A stretch of DNA of 64,000 nucleotides from Promethearchaeota archaeon (GCA_016839765.1 JAEOTP010000015.1:1-64000), one strand, 5' to 3'; shown: positions 10,441 through 20,952, numbered from the stretch's first letter. The notes: a model not told the origin generated them from the sequence alone. A program made the numbers and translations.

Positions 10441-11228
10441 TTGCCTTCCTCCTCTTCTGATAGCTTAAGAAGTTTTTCATGACTCCCATATAAAACATCA
10501 AGCTGATTGAGAAAGCGCTTTACTCGCTTGGATTTAGGCGAAACTGAGAAGTGTTCGGGTGTGCCTCGCTCTATAACAACACCATCATCAAGGAATATCA
10601 TTTCTGATGCAACAGCTCTAGCAAATCCCATTTCATGTGTAACAACTACCATTGTAGTACCAGCCTTAGCAATATCCAACATAGCTTGAAGAACCTCGCC
10701 AATTAATTCAGGATCTAAAGCAGAAGTAGGTTCATCGAATAAAATTACATCTGGCTCCATGGCTAAGGCACGAGCAATGCCTACGCGTTGTTGTTGACCA
10801 CCCGATAATTGTGCAGGATAATGATCAGCCCATTCAGCCAACCTCACACGATTTAAAGCCTCGAGTGCCTTCCTACGGGCTTCTTGTTTTTCTAAGCCTT
10901 TTACTCGGCGAAGACCAATACTAACATTGTCTATCGCTTTGAGGTGGGCAAACAGATTAAAATGTTGAAATACCATGCCGATCCTTGTTCTTATTGCATT
11001 AAGATCAACATTAGGCGCTGTAATATTGTCTCCACGGAGATAGATTTCACCACTGTCTGGGGGGTTCAACATATTGATGCAACGAAGCAATGTACTTTTG
11101 CCAGAGCCACTTGGTCCAAAAATGACCTTAACATCTCGCTCTGCTAACTCGAATGATACCCCTTTAAGGACTTGTAAATCTTCGTATGATTTCCATACAT
11201 CAACTATACGTAATAAGGGTTCATCCAT
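10437..11228 (-). CDS. Polar amino-acid ABC transporter ATPase (GlnQ-like)
   Basis: GPSGSGKS, LSGGQQQR, DEPTSALDPE, VTHEMGFA. Confidence 0.95.
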   Translation of the reverse strand: MDEPLLRIVDVWKSYEDLQVLKGVSFELAERDVKVIFGPSGSGKSTLLRCINMLNPPDSGEIYLRGDNITAPNVDLNAIRTRIGMVFQHFNLFAHLKAIDNVSIGLRRVKGLEKQEARRKALEALNRVRLAEWADHYPAQLSGGQQQRVGIARALAMEPDVILFDEPTSALDPELIGEVLQAMLDIAKAGTTMVVVTHEMGFARAVASEMIFLDDGVVIERGTPEHFSVSPKSKRVKRFLNQLDVLYGSHEKLLKLSEEEEGK

Positions 11229-11230
11229 AT

Positions 11231-12322
11231 CTAGCCACCTCCCATTCCTAATTTTTTAAGTTTCTTGGTTTGTCGTTCACCAAACAACCGTGTAACAGGA
11301 AAAGTGAATAGAAAGTATAAAACCGCAACAACACCCATCGATAAAGTAAAAAGTTCTACAGAACGTAATCCCCAGATATAGGCTATAAAAGTCATTTCAA
11401 AAGTTCCAATTGCGCTAGCAAAGGATGAATCCTTAATGACCACTGCATATTCATTGGACCAGCCAGGCACCGCTAATCGCAAGGCTTGAGGTAAAACAAC
11501 ATGTCGGAAAGCTTGAATCTTATTCATTCCCACCGAACGAGCCGCCTCCATCTGCCCCGGATTCACAGACAAAATAGCCCCACGAAAAATTTGAGATTGA
11601 TACGCACCACTACGAAGTCCAAGCGCCATAATTACGCTAGCAAGCAACCTATCCAGCGACTCTAGATACCAAAATAAACCTGGAAATCCGAAAGCGAATA
11701 TAAAGATCAGAACCAGAAGTGGGATGCCACGGAACAACTTCTCATAGCCGCTTGATAACCAATGGAGTTCTTTACCACCATATACACGCATGATTGCTAA
11801 TGATATACCTATCGCAAACCCAATTAAAAGACTTGAAGCGGTAATCAGTAGTGTAAAAAATAACCCGAATTCGAGAACAAAAAAGAAGACATCGGAAACC
11901 TCCGGAAAGATATAACCTAAAAGAAGAACTGTTATAAAACCTATAATAAGGCCTATTCCAAAAAGAATAACCTGAATAATGAAGACAAACATAAAAGATT
12001 CTCCCAATTCTTTTTTATAGATGCTTTTAACAACTATAGTGCCAATAAAGAGATCAATTATCATGTAAACGTAATACTGTATTAGAAAGTAAATGGTTAT
12101 GTTTTTGGCAAACGTGTTAAACAAAATACCGATCAGAATATTTACCATTAGCCATACTAAACTAACCTTATACGCAGTTTTGAGAGAAGTATCCCATAAT
12201 TGAATATGAGGCATATCTTTTTTCTTAGAATACCATCTCATAATATAAATACTGATTGGGAAGATAATAATTGAATTAACAATCCCCATCCCTATAAATT
12301 CTAATTCAGTTTGAAATAACAT
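11231..12322 (-). CDS. Polar amino-acid ABC permease with extra N-terminal membrane domain
   Basis: C-terminal RGIPLL, SGAYQSQIFRG, GQMEAARSVGM; about 140-aa hydrophobic N-terminal extension; ATG at 12322 follows GGTGA. Confidence 0.88.
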   Translation of the reverse strand: MLFQTELEFIGMGIVNSIIIFPISIYIMRWYSKKKDMPHIQLWDTSLKTAYKVSLVWLMVNILIGILFNTFAKNITIYFLIQYYVYMIIDLFIGTIVVKSIYKKELGESFMFVFIIQVILFGIGLIIGFITVLLLGYIFPEVSDVFFFVLEFGLFFTLLITASSLLIGFAIGISLAIMRVYGGKELHWLSSGYEKLFRGIPLLVLIFIFAFGFPGLFWYLESLDRLLASVIMALGLRSGAYQSQIFRGAILSVNPGQMEAARSVGMNKIQAFRHVVLPQALRLAVPGWSNEYAVVIKDSSFASAIGTFEMTFIAYIWGLRSVELFTLSMGVVAVLYFLFTFPVTRLFGERQTKKLKKLGMGGG

Positions 12323-12491
12323 AATTATCACCTAACTATAGAAAGTTTTTCTAGTATAATCTAAGATTATTAAAAAAAAAATTTATTTATTTTAGGATAT
12401 ACCCAATACAAACTTTTAAAGTTAAATAGTAAATAGAGATTTTTTGGGTAATCTATCCTCGAAGTATTATCCAAAATGTCTGGAACATCGC

Positions 12492-13286
12492 TCAACCAAA
12501 CCATGTGTCAAATAAGTCATACATCGTTCCGTCTAAATAGGCATCAAAGATGGCAAGGTTCATCACATACAACAGTTCTGGTTCTCCATATCTGGTCCAA
12601 AGTGATAGAGGTTCAGATCCTGTACTAAAGATAATTCTGAGGTCTTCTGTCCTATTATAGGAGCTAAAAACTGGTTCATCTACATATGCTGCAGCTATAT
12701 TATCATTAATTAAATTTGTCATAAGCACAACAGCACTAGGATATGCATTAACAGTAACATTACCGAGGGCAGTCAATTCATCCTGCATTACAGTGCCTGT
12801 TTGACAGCCAACTGTTAATCCCCCAAGATCACCTAAATCATTAATTGTTGTGAGTGGTGAAGCGTCCTTTACGATAACAACCTGACTTACAGTAATATAG
12901 GTAATGGAAGCTGCGAGACTTCCTGCACGTTCCTCTGTATATGTCATTGCTGCGGCAATCATGTCGACTGTACCTGCTCTACAAGCAGAAATCAAACTTC
13001 CAAAATCCATATGCGTCATTGTAAGGGTCACACCAAGATCATCTGCAATCAACTGTGATACGTCGACATCGAAACCTTCGATGGCGCCCGTAAAAGGGTA
13101 AGTGAAGTTTTCGAATGGTGGGTAATCAGCACTAGTTCCAACAATTAGTTCGCCTCGGCTTATAATTTGATCATGTAATGATACACGAGCAGGTTCGGGA
13201 ATTAAATCAAGAGGTATTAGTAGCCCAGAAAGCAATCCAACTCCTAAACATGCAATAAATCCTATTATAGCAAATTCTCTTTTCAT
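12492..13286 (-). CDS. Polar amino-acid ABC substrate-binding protein (SBP family 3)
   Basis: GTSADYPPFE, GFDVD, MTYTEER, QTGT; N-terminal TM anchor. Confidence 0.92.
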   Translation of the reverse strand: MKREFAIIGFIACLGVGLLSGLLIPLDLIPEPARVSLHDQIISRGELIVGTSADYPPFENFTYPFTGAIEGFDVDVSQLIADDLGVTLTMTHMDFGSLISACRAGTVDMIAAAMTYTEERAGSLAASITYITVSQVVIVKDASPLTTINDLGDLGGLTVGCQTGTVMQDELTALGNVTVNAYPSAVVLMTNLINDNIAAAYVDEPVFSSYNRTEDLRIIFSTGSEPLSLWTRYGEPELLYVMNLAIFDAYLDGTMYDLFDTWFG

Positions 13287-13422
13287 ATAACGATCAACTC
13301 GTCGCTTTAATATTAATTTTTATTAAATTTACGGATTCCTTTTTTATTTAAATTCCGATGGTAAAATATTTTTTAAGTTGCTATTTAAAGATTTCTATTT
13401 TTTTATAGACAGTAAAAAAAAG

Positions 13423-13794
13423 TCATTTTGTCTTAAGAGCAGTCGTTACGGCTCGGGTCAACCGTATAACTTCTATAACCTTACCCTTTTCAACAGTTAT
13501 TTCCTCACGACTAATGGCATGAGTAAAATCACCCTTTCCCTCACAGATTCTTACTATTGCATTATTATCCCCTGTCATAAGAATATCCGGCTCTGAAGCC
13601 TTTCCCTCAAGCACTTGTGCTTTTCTCGTTTTAATTTCGACAAAAAAAGGCTCTTCATTTTCCAAATTAAATTGAAATATCATATCCCAATCAAATGGTT
13701 TTCCAGCAATATCCGTTATAAATACTTGTTCTACTTTTGGAGTTACATTCATTTTTTCAACAATCCTTTCTAAATTTTCTTTTGCTATACCCAT
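13423..13794 (-). CDS. SCP2 sterol/lipid-binding domain protein
   Basis: IFQFNL...EGKASEPDILMTG...ITVEKG pattern. Confidence 0.75.
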   Translation of the reverse strand: MGIAKENLERIVEKMNVTPKVEQVFITDIAGKPFDWDMIFQFNLENEEPFFVEIKTRKAQVLEGKASEPDILMTGDNNAIVRICEGKGDFTHAISREEITVEKGKVIEVIRLTRAVTTALKTK

Positions 13795-13797
13795 TTA

Positions 13798-14298
13798 TTA
13801 TTCACCTCCTTCAAATTCAGGTTTATTTGCCCATATCTCGTATTCATCTTCTGGTACAAAGAAAAAATCAGTCATTTTTCCTTCCCTTTCATCTGGCTTT
13901 TTAAATACTGCTCTCACACGACGTCCTTTCTTAATTTTAGAAGGTACTAAGTTTTCTGAAAATATCCCTTGAAATAATGCTGTATCAACTCCATCTAACT
14001 TAATAAAGCCACATCCATAGGGTACATTTTTAATAAATTCTGCAGCACCATACCATACGATCGTACTAACTTCAATAGTCCCTGTATGAGATATTTCAAC
14101 CCATTCAGCGGGAGTATAACACTCAGAACAATTTTTCCGCGGAGGCATCCAAATTTTTCCGCATTTTGTACATTTAGTTCCATGAAGCTTTTTATTTTTC
14201 ATTAATTCAATGAAAAATTTCGATTGTCCTCCCATAGTATATTTATAATCAATTTGAATCTTATCACGTATTTGGTGATCTTCAAACTTTTCACTCAT
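13798..14298 (-). CDS. DUF35 zinc-ribbon/OB-fold thiolase partner
   Basis: GTKCTKCG..MPPR..CSEC, PYG.GFIKLDG; overlaps thiolase stop. Confidence 0.9.
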   Translation of the reverse strand: MSEKFEDHQIRDKIQIDYKYTMGGQSKFFIELMKNKKLHGTKCTKCGKIWMPPRKNCSECYTPAEWVEISHTGTIEVSTIVWYGAAEFIKNVPYGCGFIKLDGVDTALFQGIFSENLVPSKIKKGRRVRAVFKKPDEREGKMTDFFFVPEDEYEIWANKPEFEGGE

Positions 14299-15539
14299 GG
14301 TTTTTTCACCCCCTCCTCATTTGCCATTACTATTACTGCAGCATATGCTGCTCCAGGACCCCCTATTGAATGTGAGATCGCCCTTCCCTTTTCAATTGTC
14401 ATAAGTTGATGTTTGCCTGCATCACCTCTTAGTTGAAGTGCTGCCTCTCCTGTTGACATTATTCCTGTCGCTCCCACTGCATGACCACAGCCTATTAAAC
14501 CTCCACATGGGCAACATGGGATTTCTCCATCCATAAAAGGACCTCCTGATTCAATCCATTTTCCACCCTCCCCGAAAGGTACGAATCCTAACTCTTCATA
14601 TGAAATCACTTCTTGTCCTGAAAATGCATCGTGCAGTTCAGCACAATCTATTTGATCTTTAATCTTATCGTAATCTAAACCCGCCATTTTATATGCTGCT
14701 TTTGCTGCATAGATGTTTGAATAAAGACGACCCATGTCTTCTCTATTCCCTATAAAACAATCTGTATTTGCAGCGCCTACTCCTGTAATCCAAATTGGAT
14801 TTTCGACTTTTAATTCTTTTACTTTTTGTTCATTAGCTAAAATCAATGCTGCTGAGGCTTCCGAGTAAAGACAACAATCTAACATTTTAAAGGGATAACA
14901 TATAATTCTCGAATTCATGACATCTTCAACAGTAATTTTCATTGGAGATTGTGCTTTTGGATTATTTATAGCATTACCATGATTTTTTACGGATACTAAC
15001 GCCATCTGTTCTTCTGTTGGATTCCCAAATTCTTCAAAATGGGCGTTCACCATAGTAACATAAGAACTCGCCGCCATCATACCCATAGGATATTCATAAG
15101 TCATGTCAGCAGAATATGCAATAGCATTTAATACTTCTGGAGTTGTAGTTCCTGTCTGTTCATCATAACAATCATTACATTTCTCTACACCTAAACAAAG
15201 GCTGAGATCTGATATTCCAGATGCTACTTCTGCATATGCCATTCTTACAGTATATCCTCCTGTAGCGCCACCTGTCGCTATCCGCGTGCCTGATTTATTA
15301 TTCATCCCTAAATAAGAATTGATAAAAATGTCAGGCATAAATTGCCGTTCGAATAACTCGTTATATATCCCATAAACAGTAGATTGAAGGTTTTTGTGAG
15401 TTATTTCAGCTCCATTTTTATTAGCATCTTCAAACGCTAATTTTGTGGCATCATATGCAAGTTCAAAATATGTTTTATCTAAGTATCGAGCTTTAAATGG
15501 TGTTATTCCAATTCCGATTATAGCTACTTTTTTAGGCAT
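14295..15539 (-). CDS. SCP-x/archaeal-type thiolase-family protein
   Basis: KNHGNAINNPKAQ, ELHDAFS, GGLIGCGHAVGATG. Confidence 0.9.
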   Translation of the reverse strand: MPKKVAIIGIGITPFKARYLDKTYFELAYDATKLAFEDANKNGAEITHKNLQSTVYGIYNELFERQFMPDIFINSYLGMNNKSGTRIATGGATGGYTVRMAYAEVASGISDLSLCLGVEKCNDCYDEQTGTTTPEVLNAIAYSADMTYEYPMGMMAASSYVTMVNAHFEEFGNPTEEQMALVSVKNHGNAINNPKAQSPMKITVEDVMNSRIICYPFKMLDCCLYSEASAALILANEQKVKELKVENPIWITGVGAANTDCFIGNREDMGRLYSNIYAAKAAYKMAGLDYDKIKDQIDCAELHDAFSGQEVISYEELGFVPFGEGGKWIESGGPFMDGEIPCCPCGGLIGCGHAVGATGIMSTGEAALQLRGDAGKHQLMTIEKGRAISHSIGGPGAAYAAVIVMANEEGVKKP

Positions 15540-15743
15540 TATTATTTTTCACTACTACAAGTATTATTACTTTGTTTTTTTAATATTTTAATGAATTAAA
15601 TTTAATTTCGTTAAAAAAGTATTTAATTATTATTTTAACAATAGACATAGAAATCAGGGGGTGAACCCCAATTAGATAGTTTTTTTAGGTCCAAAATAGT
15701 AATATTAACTATAAATATTGATAATATAAGGGTGATTAAAAAA

Positions 15744-16766
15744 ATGATCAAAACACGAATAACAGAAATGTTTGGAATAAAGTATCCAATATTAAGTGCA
15801 CCTATGGGTCCTTTTTATACAACTGAGTTGTCTGTCGCCGTTTCAGAAGCAGGTGGACTTGGAGTTGTAAGTCATGCTACGTTAAGGGGAAAAAATTCTC
15901 TCCAAGATATGAAACAACAATTAGAATATGTGATTGAGCATACTGATAAACCCTTTGGTGTTAATGTTCGTACTGCCCGGATTCAAACTGATCATAAATT
16001 AATGTTAAGAAAAATGACCCAATGGTGCAAAGAAAACTCTAAATTACGAGAACAATTAGTATATATCTTAACAAGCGCCGGAAGTCCTCGTTTCGCAAGT
16101 CAATTATTAAAACAAAGGGCTCCTCAAATAAAACATTTTCATGTTGGGCCAGCTTTGTGGTTGATTGATAAGATTGTCGGTTCTGGATGTGATGGAATTG
16201 TTGCTACGGGTACAGAAGGTGGTGGGCATCAAAGTTATGAAGGGATTAGTACTCTTGTTTTAGTTCAACAAGCAGTAATAAAATATCCAGATAAACCTGT
16301 AATAGCATGTGGTGGTATTTCTAGCCCAGAAGGTGTAGCTTCTGGATTAGCTATGGGTGCTGATGCCGTTGCTATGGGTACCAGGTTTATTGCTTCAAAG
16401 GAAAGCGAATTTCATCCTAATTATAAAGCTCTTATCCCTCCAGCGACTGCTCGGGACACATTACTAACTACAGGAGGTTTTGGACCAATAAGATTATTAA
16501 AAAATAAATATTCTTTGGAGCATGGAGAAATTATGACAAAAGAACAAAAGGTTTCCCAAGAGCTTGCATATAATATGGATGAATATTTAAAAGATCTTTA
16601 TGCGTATGAAGTTGTTTATACTAAAGGGGATATAGAGAATGGAGCAATACCGGTAGGTCAAACATGTGGATTAATTGATTCTATAATGGATGTAGATGAT
16701 ATTATTACTAGTTTCTCAGATGGAGCTGAAAAGATCTTAAAGGATTTATGTTCTAAAATTTCATAA
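15744..16766 (+). CDS. Nitronate monooxygenase / FabK-like flavin oxidoreductase
   Basis: YPILSAPM, AVSEAGGLG, GTEGGGH, ACGGI, MGTRF. Confidence 0.88.
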   Translation: MIKTRITEMFGIKYPILSAPMGPFYTTELSVAVSEAGGLGVVSHATLRGKNSLQDMKQQLEYVIEHTDKPFGVNVRTARIQTDHKLMLRKMTQWCKENSKLREQLVYILTSAGSPRFASQLLKQRAPQIKHFHVGPALWLIDKIVGSGCDGIVATGTEGGGHQSYEGISTLVLVQQAVIKYPDKPVIACGGISSPEGVASGLAMGADAVAMGTRFIASKESEFHPNYKALIPPATARDTLLTTGGFGPIRLLKNKYSLEHGEIMTKEQKVSQELAYNMDEYLKDLYAYEVVYTKGDIENGAIPVGQTCGLIDSIMDVDDIITSFSDGAEKILKDLCSKIS

Positions 16767-16773
16767 TTATTTC

Positions 16774-17388
16774 TTAAATATCTTTTCTCCAGAATTTTGG
16801 AATTAAAGCTCCTACATTCTTTTTATAAAAAAGATAACCTTCACCAAATCTTTTTATTAAATCTTTTTCCTCAAAATATATCACGATCGGAGTTATTAGT
16901 ACCATTAATGATATTATCCAGATTAAAAGGAATAGAGAATTTAATATCAAACATAAAATAATAAATAAAAGTATACTTCCTGAGATTTGTGGATGTCTAA
17001 TCTGTTTATAAATTCCTCCATACATTTTAGTGTCTTTAGAAGTCTCTATAGTTTCTTTTCCAGCATCTTTTAGTGCCCTTATTAAGATATAGAAGCTTGG
17101 AACCGCAATTAAGATTGCAATAATTATCAAAAAGAGATAATTTTCTGAAATTCTACAATTAAGAACAGAAATAGGAAACCAAATCCACAATAAAATTGAG
17201 ATAATTAAAATTAAAAATATAATATCTGATAGAACCCTAAAAATAGCACATAATTTCCACGATCTTTCTCCAATCTTCTCTTCTCGAGTTGCGGGTATAA
17301 CACTTAATATATAAAAGAAGAAAGTTAGAAAAATACTCAGATTAAGAGTTAAAAAGTTAATCCAACTTAATATTTCAAACAACGACAT
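16774..17388 (-). CDS. Isoprenylcysteine carboxyl methyltransferase/PEMT-family membrane methyltransferase
   Basis: GIYKQIRHPQ, EEKDLIKRFGEGY..YKKNV..LIP. Confidence 0.85.
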   Translation of the reverse strand: MSLFEILSWINFLTLNLSIFLTFFFYILSVIPATREEKIGERSWKLCAIFRVLSDIIFLILIISILLWIWFPISVLNCRISENYLFLIIIAILIAVPSFYILIRALKDAGKETIETSKDTKMYGGIYKQIRHPQISGSILLFIILCLILNSLFLLIWIISLMVLITPIVIYFEEKDLIKRFGEGYLFYKKNVGALIPKFWRKDI

Positions 17389-17435
17389 TTTGCATTAACC
17401 TAATAAAATAACTTTATATTTTCATAATCAATATT

Positions 17436-17873
17436 TTAGATTTTTGGCTTATATAATTTTTTATCTGGGATAAAACTCATCATAACTAGGTCTTTTCTAA
17501 TCTCCCAGCCTAATTTACTATAAAAAGCTATAACATCTTCATTATGTCTTTCGATGAATAAATGTATTTTATGAACTCCTTTTTGTTGAAATCTTTCTAT
17601 TAACTCATCCATTAATAATGTACCATATCCTTTTTTCTGATATTCTGGGTCAATAGCTAAATGATGTACATACCCTCTTCTGCCATCAAAACCACCCATT
17701 ATTATAGCTATAACTTTTTCATCTATTTTTGCAATTAAGCAAAGATCCGGGTTTCTATTTAACATTACATTAAGTTCATCTTTGGTATCTGAAGATGTAA
17801 TACTAATTCCAGTTCTTTTCCAGATCTCTACAACATCTTCATAAAATTGTAAGGAAAAATTTTCGATCTTCAT
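17436..17873 (-). CDS. GNAT acetyltransferase (YpeA-like)
   Basis: GFDGRRGYVHHLAIDPEYQKKGYG, N..VIAFYSKLGW. Confidence 0.9.
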   Translation of the reverse strand: MKIENFSLQFYEDVVEIWKRTGISITSSDTKDELNVMLNRNPDLCLIAKIDEKVIAIIMGGFDGRRGYVHHLAIDPEYQKKGYGTLLMDELIERFQQKGVHKIHLFIERHNEDVIAFYSKLGWEIRKDLVMMSFIPDKKLYKPKI

Positions 17874-17880
17874 GGTTTCT

Positions 17881-19995
17881 TCACGAATTATTAGAGGAGA
17901 ACATATTTAACTTATTAATTTTTTTCCTAATTTCAATTTTCTTTTCTATAATCTCAATTACATAGGATGAAATTTTCTTCCTTTTGTTAATATCGGATGG
18001 TAAAGGCAAAGCAACTTCCATGATACGATTACCTAATGTTGCTATTGTTCCTTGTACAAATGTAATTGCTTGAATTTGCTTCTGAACGATATCAAGATTA
18101 ATAAGGTATAATAATAAGTATGAATCAATAGCTTTATCATTTTCAAGTGCTTTAATTTGATAAATATGGCTTTGGATGATAATTTTTGTATCCAATTCTG
18201 TAATATATGCTGTCTTTCCAATTAAGTTAGGTCCTCCATCTTTAACTAAAAGAATATCTCCTGCTTCAATGTTTTGTTTATCCTTATATAACTCATAAAC
18301 TTCTTCCGAAGTTTTTTTATTTGAATCGAGATTTACCTCCCAATTATGAATTTCACTCGTACGTATAAAAGGAATTCCCCCTAATCCATAAACATGAGAA
18401 CCAATTTCATCTCCACGGGGAAGATACCCATTTTTATTAGTATAGATTATGTTTTGTTCAATTAAATCTCCGAAAGTAGTTAATATTACATCTTTTTTAG
18501 TAGATAATGATTTGAGTGTTTTTTCAACTCCCGTATAATAACTTGGTATAAAAATTTCGTTTTTTATTTGACTTCTTTTAATTTTAAATATCTTTTGGCG
18601 TTTGAAATAATCAAAATCTTCATCATTTATTAATTCTAAATGTAAATCTAATAACTCATCATTAATGGTTGGCTTTCCATCTGAATCAAGTTTTTTACTA
18701 CCATCCTTATTTAGTTTGTATAATACTTTTCCATCTTTATTATGACCAACATTATCTACAATAGCAAAATCAATCGTGTAGTCTTCTGGTACATTTTTAA
18801 GTTTCTGGAAAAATAAAATACTAGCTTTATTACATGTATAAGGCTGAAATGTGTTTTGATCTAATGAAATAACCCCTAAAATTTGACCATTTGAGTTTAA
18901 ATATTCCCAGATATACCTATCTGTTGGATTACCAAATATTCCTTCTGGTAAAACTATTCCCAATTTCCCTCCATTTTTAAGTAATTGGACACATCTTTCA
19001 ATAAACAAAATTTGTGGTGGTTGTTGTTTAACAAGTTTATTTTGCATTACCCATTTATTTCTGGTATTTTTCCATATATGTCCAAATTGATAATTGGATA
19101 AAATAGACTTATCATTAATTGGAATTTTAGAACCAAAAGGAGGATTAGTAATAATATAGTCAAATGAATTATCTTTTATTATTTTCCTTGCTTCAGTCTG
19201 ATATCCTTTTACATCTAAGGAATCTTCACAAAATATATAAGATTTTTCACCACTCAGAATCTCTAAATATAATTTACATAGTTTGACTAAAAACGAGTCT
19301 TTATCTATACCATATAAATTAGAAATAACTCCAAACTTCTTCTCTTCAATATTTTTTTCATCCGCTCTAAACTTTTTTTCAATTTTTAGCCAAAGTAAAT
19401 CTTTACTTTCAAGTAAAAAACCTCCATGACCACAAGCAGGATCCAAAATGTAATCATCTATTTCTGGATTTAAATAATTTACCATAAATTTTATTACATT
19501 AAAGGGTGTAAAAAATTGCCCTCCCTCATCCTTTAGTATCTTACTTACGAAGATTTCAAAAGCATCACTCAAAATGTCTCGAGAAGAATGTAAGAGTGAA
19601 ATATTTTGTAATTCTCTTACAACTAGATAGACTAATTCTTGGTTTAGATTAATTTTTTCATCCTTACCGATTATATCTTTGTATTTCTCCTTAACATTTC
19701 TATTAAAAAAATCTTGGATTCTCAAAAATAAAGTGTATTCATTTTCCCCTTTTTTTATACAGAAATCAACAGGTTCTGCCGAAGATTTGTTTTTTTCATC
19801 AATTATTTTGCACAAAAGTAAATTTATAATTTCTTTAGACCTTGATCTAGTATCAGTATCTGTATACTTTAATTTTCCGTAAAGATGTTGGTTGATCTGA
19901 GAAAACGTCTTTTTTAAGTTTGTTACTTTGATTAAATCTTTCTTCTTTAATATTTCTGAATCCTCTTCTATATAATCTGTGATTTTAGCAGACAT
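17881..19995 (-). CDS. N6-adenine DNA methyltransferase (HsdM-like) fused to a target-recognition (HsdS-like) domain
   Basis: GQFFTP, DPACGHGGFL, NPPF, IVLPEG; C-terminal IPFIRTSEI...GDILLVKDG..IGKTA TRD. Confidence 0.88.
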   Translation of the reverse strand: MSAKITDYIEEDSEILKKKDLIKVTNLKKTFSQINQHLYGKLKYTDTDTRSRSKEIINLLLCKIIDEKNKSSAEPVDFCIKKGENEYTLFLRIQDFFNRNVKEKYKDIIGKDEKINLNQELVYLVVRELQNISLLHSSRDILSDAFEIFVSKILKDEGGQFFTPFNVIKFMVNYLNPEIDDYILDPACGHGGFLLESKDLLWLKIEKKFRADEKNIEEKKFGVISNLYGIDKDSFLVKLCKLYLEILSGEKSYIFCEDSLDVKGYQTEARKIIKDNSFDYIITNPPFGSKIPINDKSILSNYQFGHIWKNTRNKWVMQNKLVKQQPPQILFIERCVQLLKNGGKLGIVLPEGIFGNPTDRYIWEYLNSNGQILGVISLDQNTFQPYTCNKASILFFQKLKNVPEDYTIDFAIVDNVGHNKDGKVLYKLNKDGSKKLDSDGKPTINDELLDLHLELINDEDFDYFKRQKIFKIKRSQIKNEIFIPSYYTGVEKTLKSLSTKKDVILTTFGDLIEQNIIYTNKNGYLPRGDEIGSHVYGLGGIPFIRTSEIHNWEVNLDSNKKTSEEVYELYKDKQNIEAGDILLVKDGGPNLIGKTAYITELDTKIIIQSHIYQIKALENDKAIDSYLLLYLINLDIVQKQIQAITFVQGTIATLGNRIMEVALPLPSDINKRKKISSYVIEIIEKKIEIRKKINKLNMFSSNNS

Positions 19996-20101
19996 TTGAT
20001 AAAGTTAGGTATAAATTTGTTTTTTTTGCTTCTTATTCTATAAATCTCTATTGCTATTCAAATTATTATTCTTTTTTATTAAGTGAAAATTAATCTTATT
20101 T

Positions 20102-20887
20102 ATGTCTTCGAATGAATTAAATTTGGGGGAATATATTGAATTTTCAATTAAACGACGGTTTGGAATAATAACGCTTAATAGAGTTGATAGATCTAATGCT
20201 TTTAATATTGAACAACTAGAATATCTGAAAAATGCATTAATTCATTGCCAACAAAATGAAAAAATTAAAGGGGTGATACTTACCGCAAATGGAGATAGTT
20301 TTACTACAGGGATGGATTTACGTGCTGTGACGTCCTATGATTATGAAGGCGTAAAAAAATTAGAACAATTAGCTGCTCAAGTTTGTGAATTATTATATAA
20401 TGGTAAACCTTCTATTTGTGCTATTAACGGGCGCACATTGGGGGAAGGGGTTGTATTTTTGGTCTGCTGTGATTACCGCATCGCTATAAAAGACAGTTTC
20501 TTTCAAATGCCTGAAATTAATTCTGCTATATTTCCAGGTACAGGGTGTGTTATTTTATTTTCTAAAATAATAGGAATATCTTGGACTAAGAAAATGCTCA
20601 TGTTTTCAGAAAAATTAGATGCTTCAAAGGCTTTAGAAATAGGTCTAATTGATCAGATTGTTGATTCAAAAGAAGATCTTATGAATTTTGCCATGGAGAA
20701 AGCAAAGTTTCTTTACTCAAAAAATCAAACTGTTATAAATGCAATCAAGTTATTAAGTAATCATCTACTTGATAAAAGTTTCAAAGAAGGTTATGAGTTA
20801 GAAAAAATAGGTTCTGACTGGTATAAATTTGAAAAAAAAGACGAAATGATTTATAATATACGAGAAAAGTTTAATTGGAAACCATAA
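20102..20887 (+). CDS. Enoyl-CoA hydratase/isomerase
   Basis: LNRVDRSNAF, FTTGMDL, AINGRTLGEG, MPE, ALEIGLIDQIV. Confidence 0.88.
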   Translation: MSSNELNLGEYIEFSIKRRFGIITLNRVDRSNAFNIEQLEYLKNALIHCQQNEKIKGVILTANGDSFTTGMDLRAVTSYDYEGVKKLEQLAAQVCELLYNGKPSICAINGRTLGEGVVFLVCCDYRIAIKDSFFQMPEINSAIFPGTGCVILFSKIIGISWTKKMLMFSEKLDASKALEIGLIDQIVDSKEDLMNFAMEKAKFLYSKNQTVINAIKLLSNHLLDKSFKEGYELEKIGSDWYKFEKKDEMIYNIREKFNWKP

Positions 20888-20952
20888 ATGTTTTTTATCT
20901 TATTTAAATACTTTATTATAAATACATGAAAATATTAAGGAGATGAAAAGTA

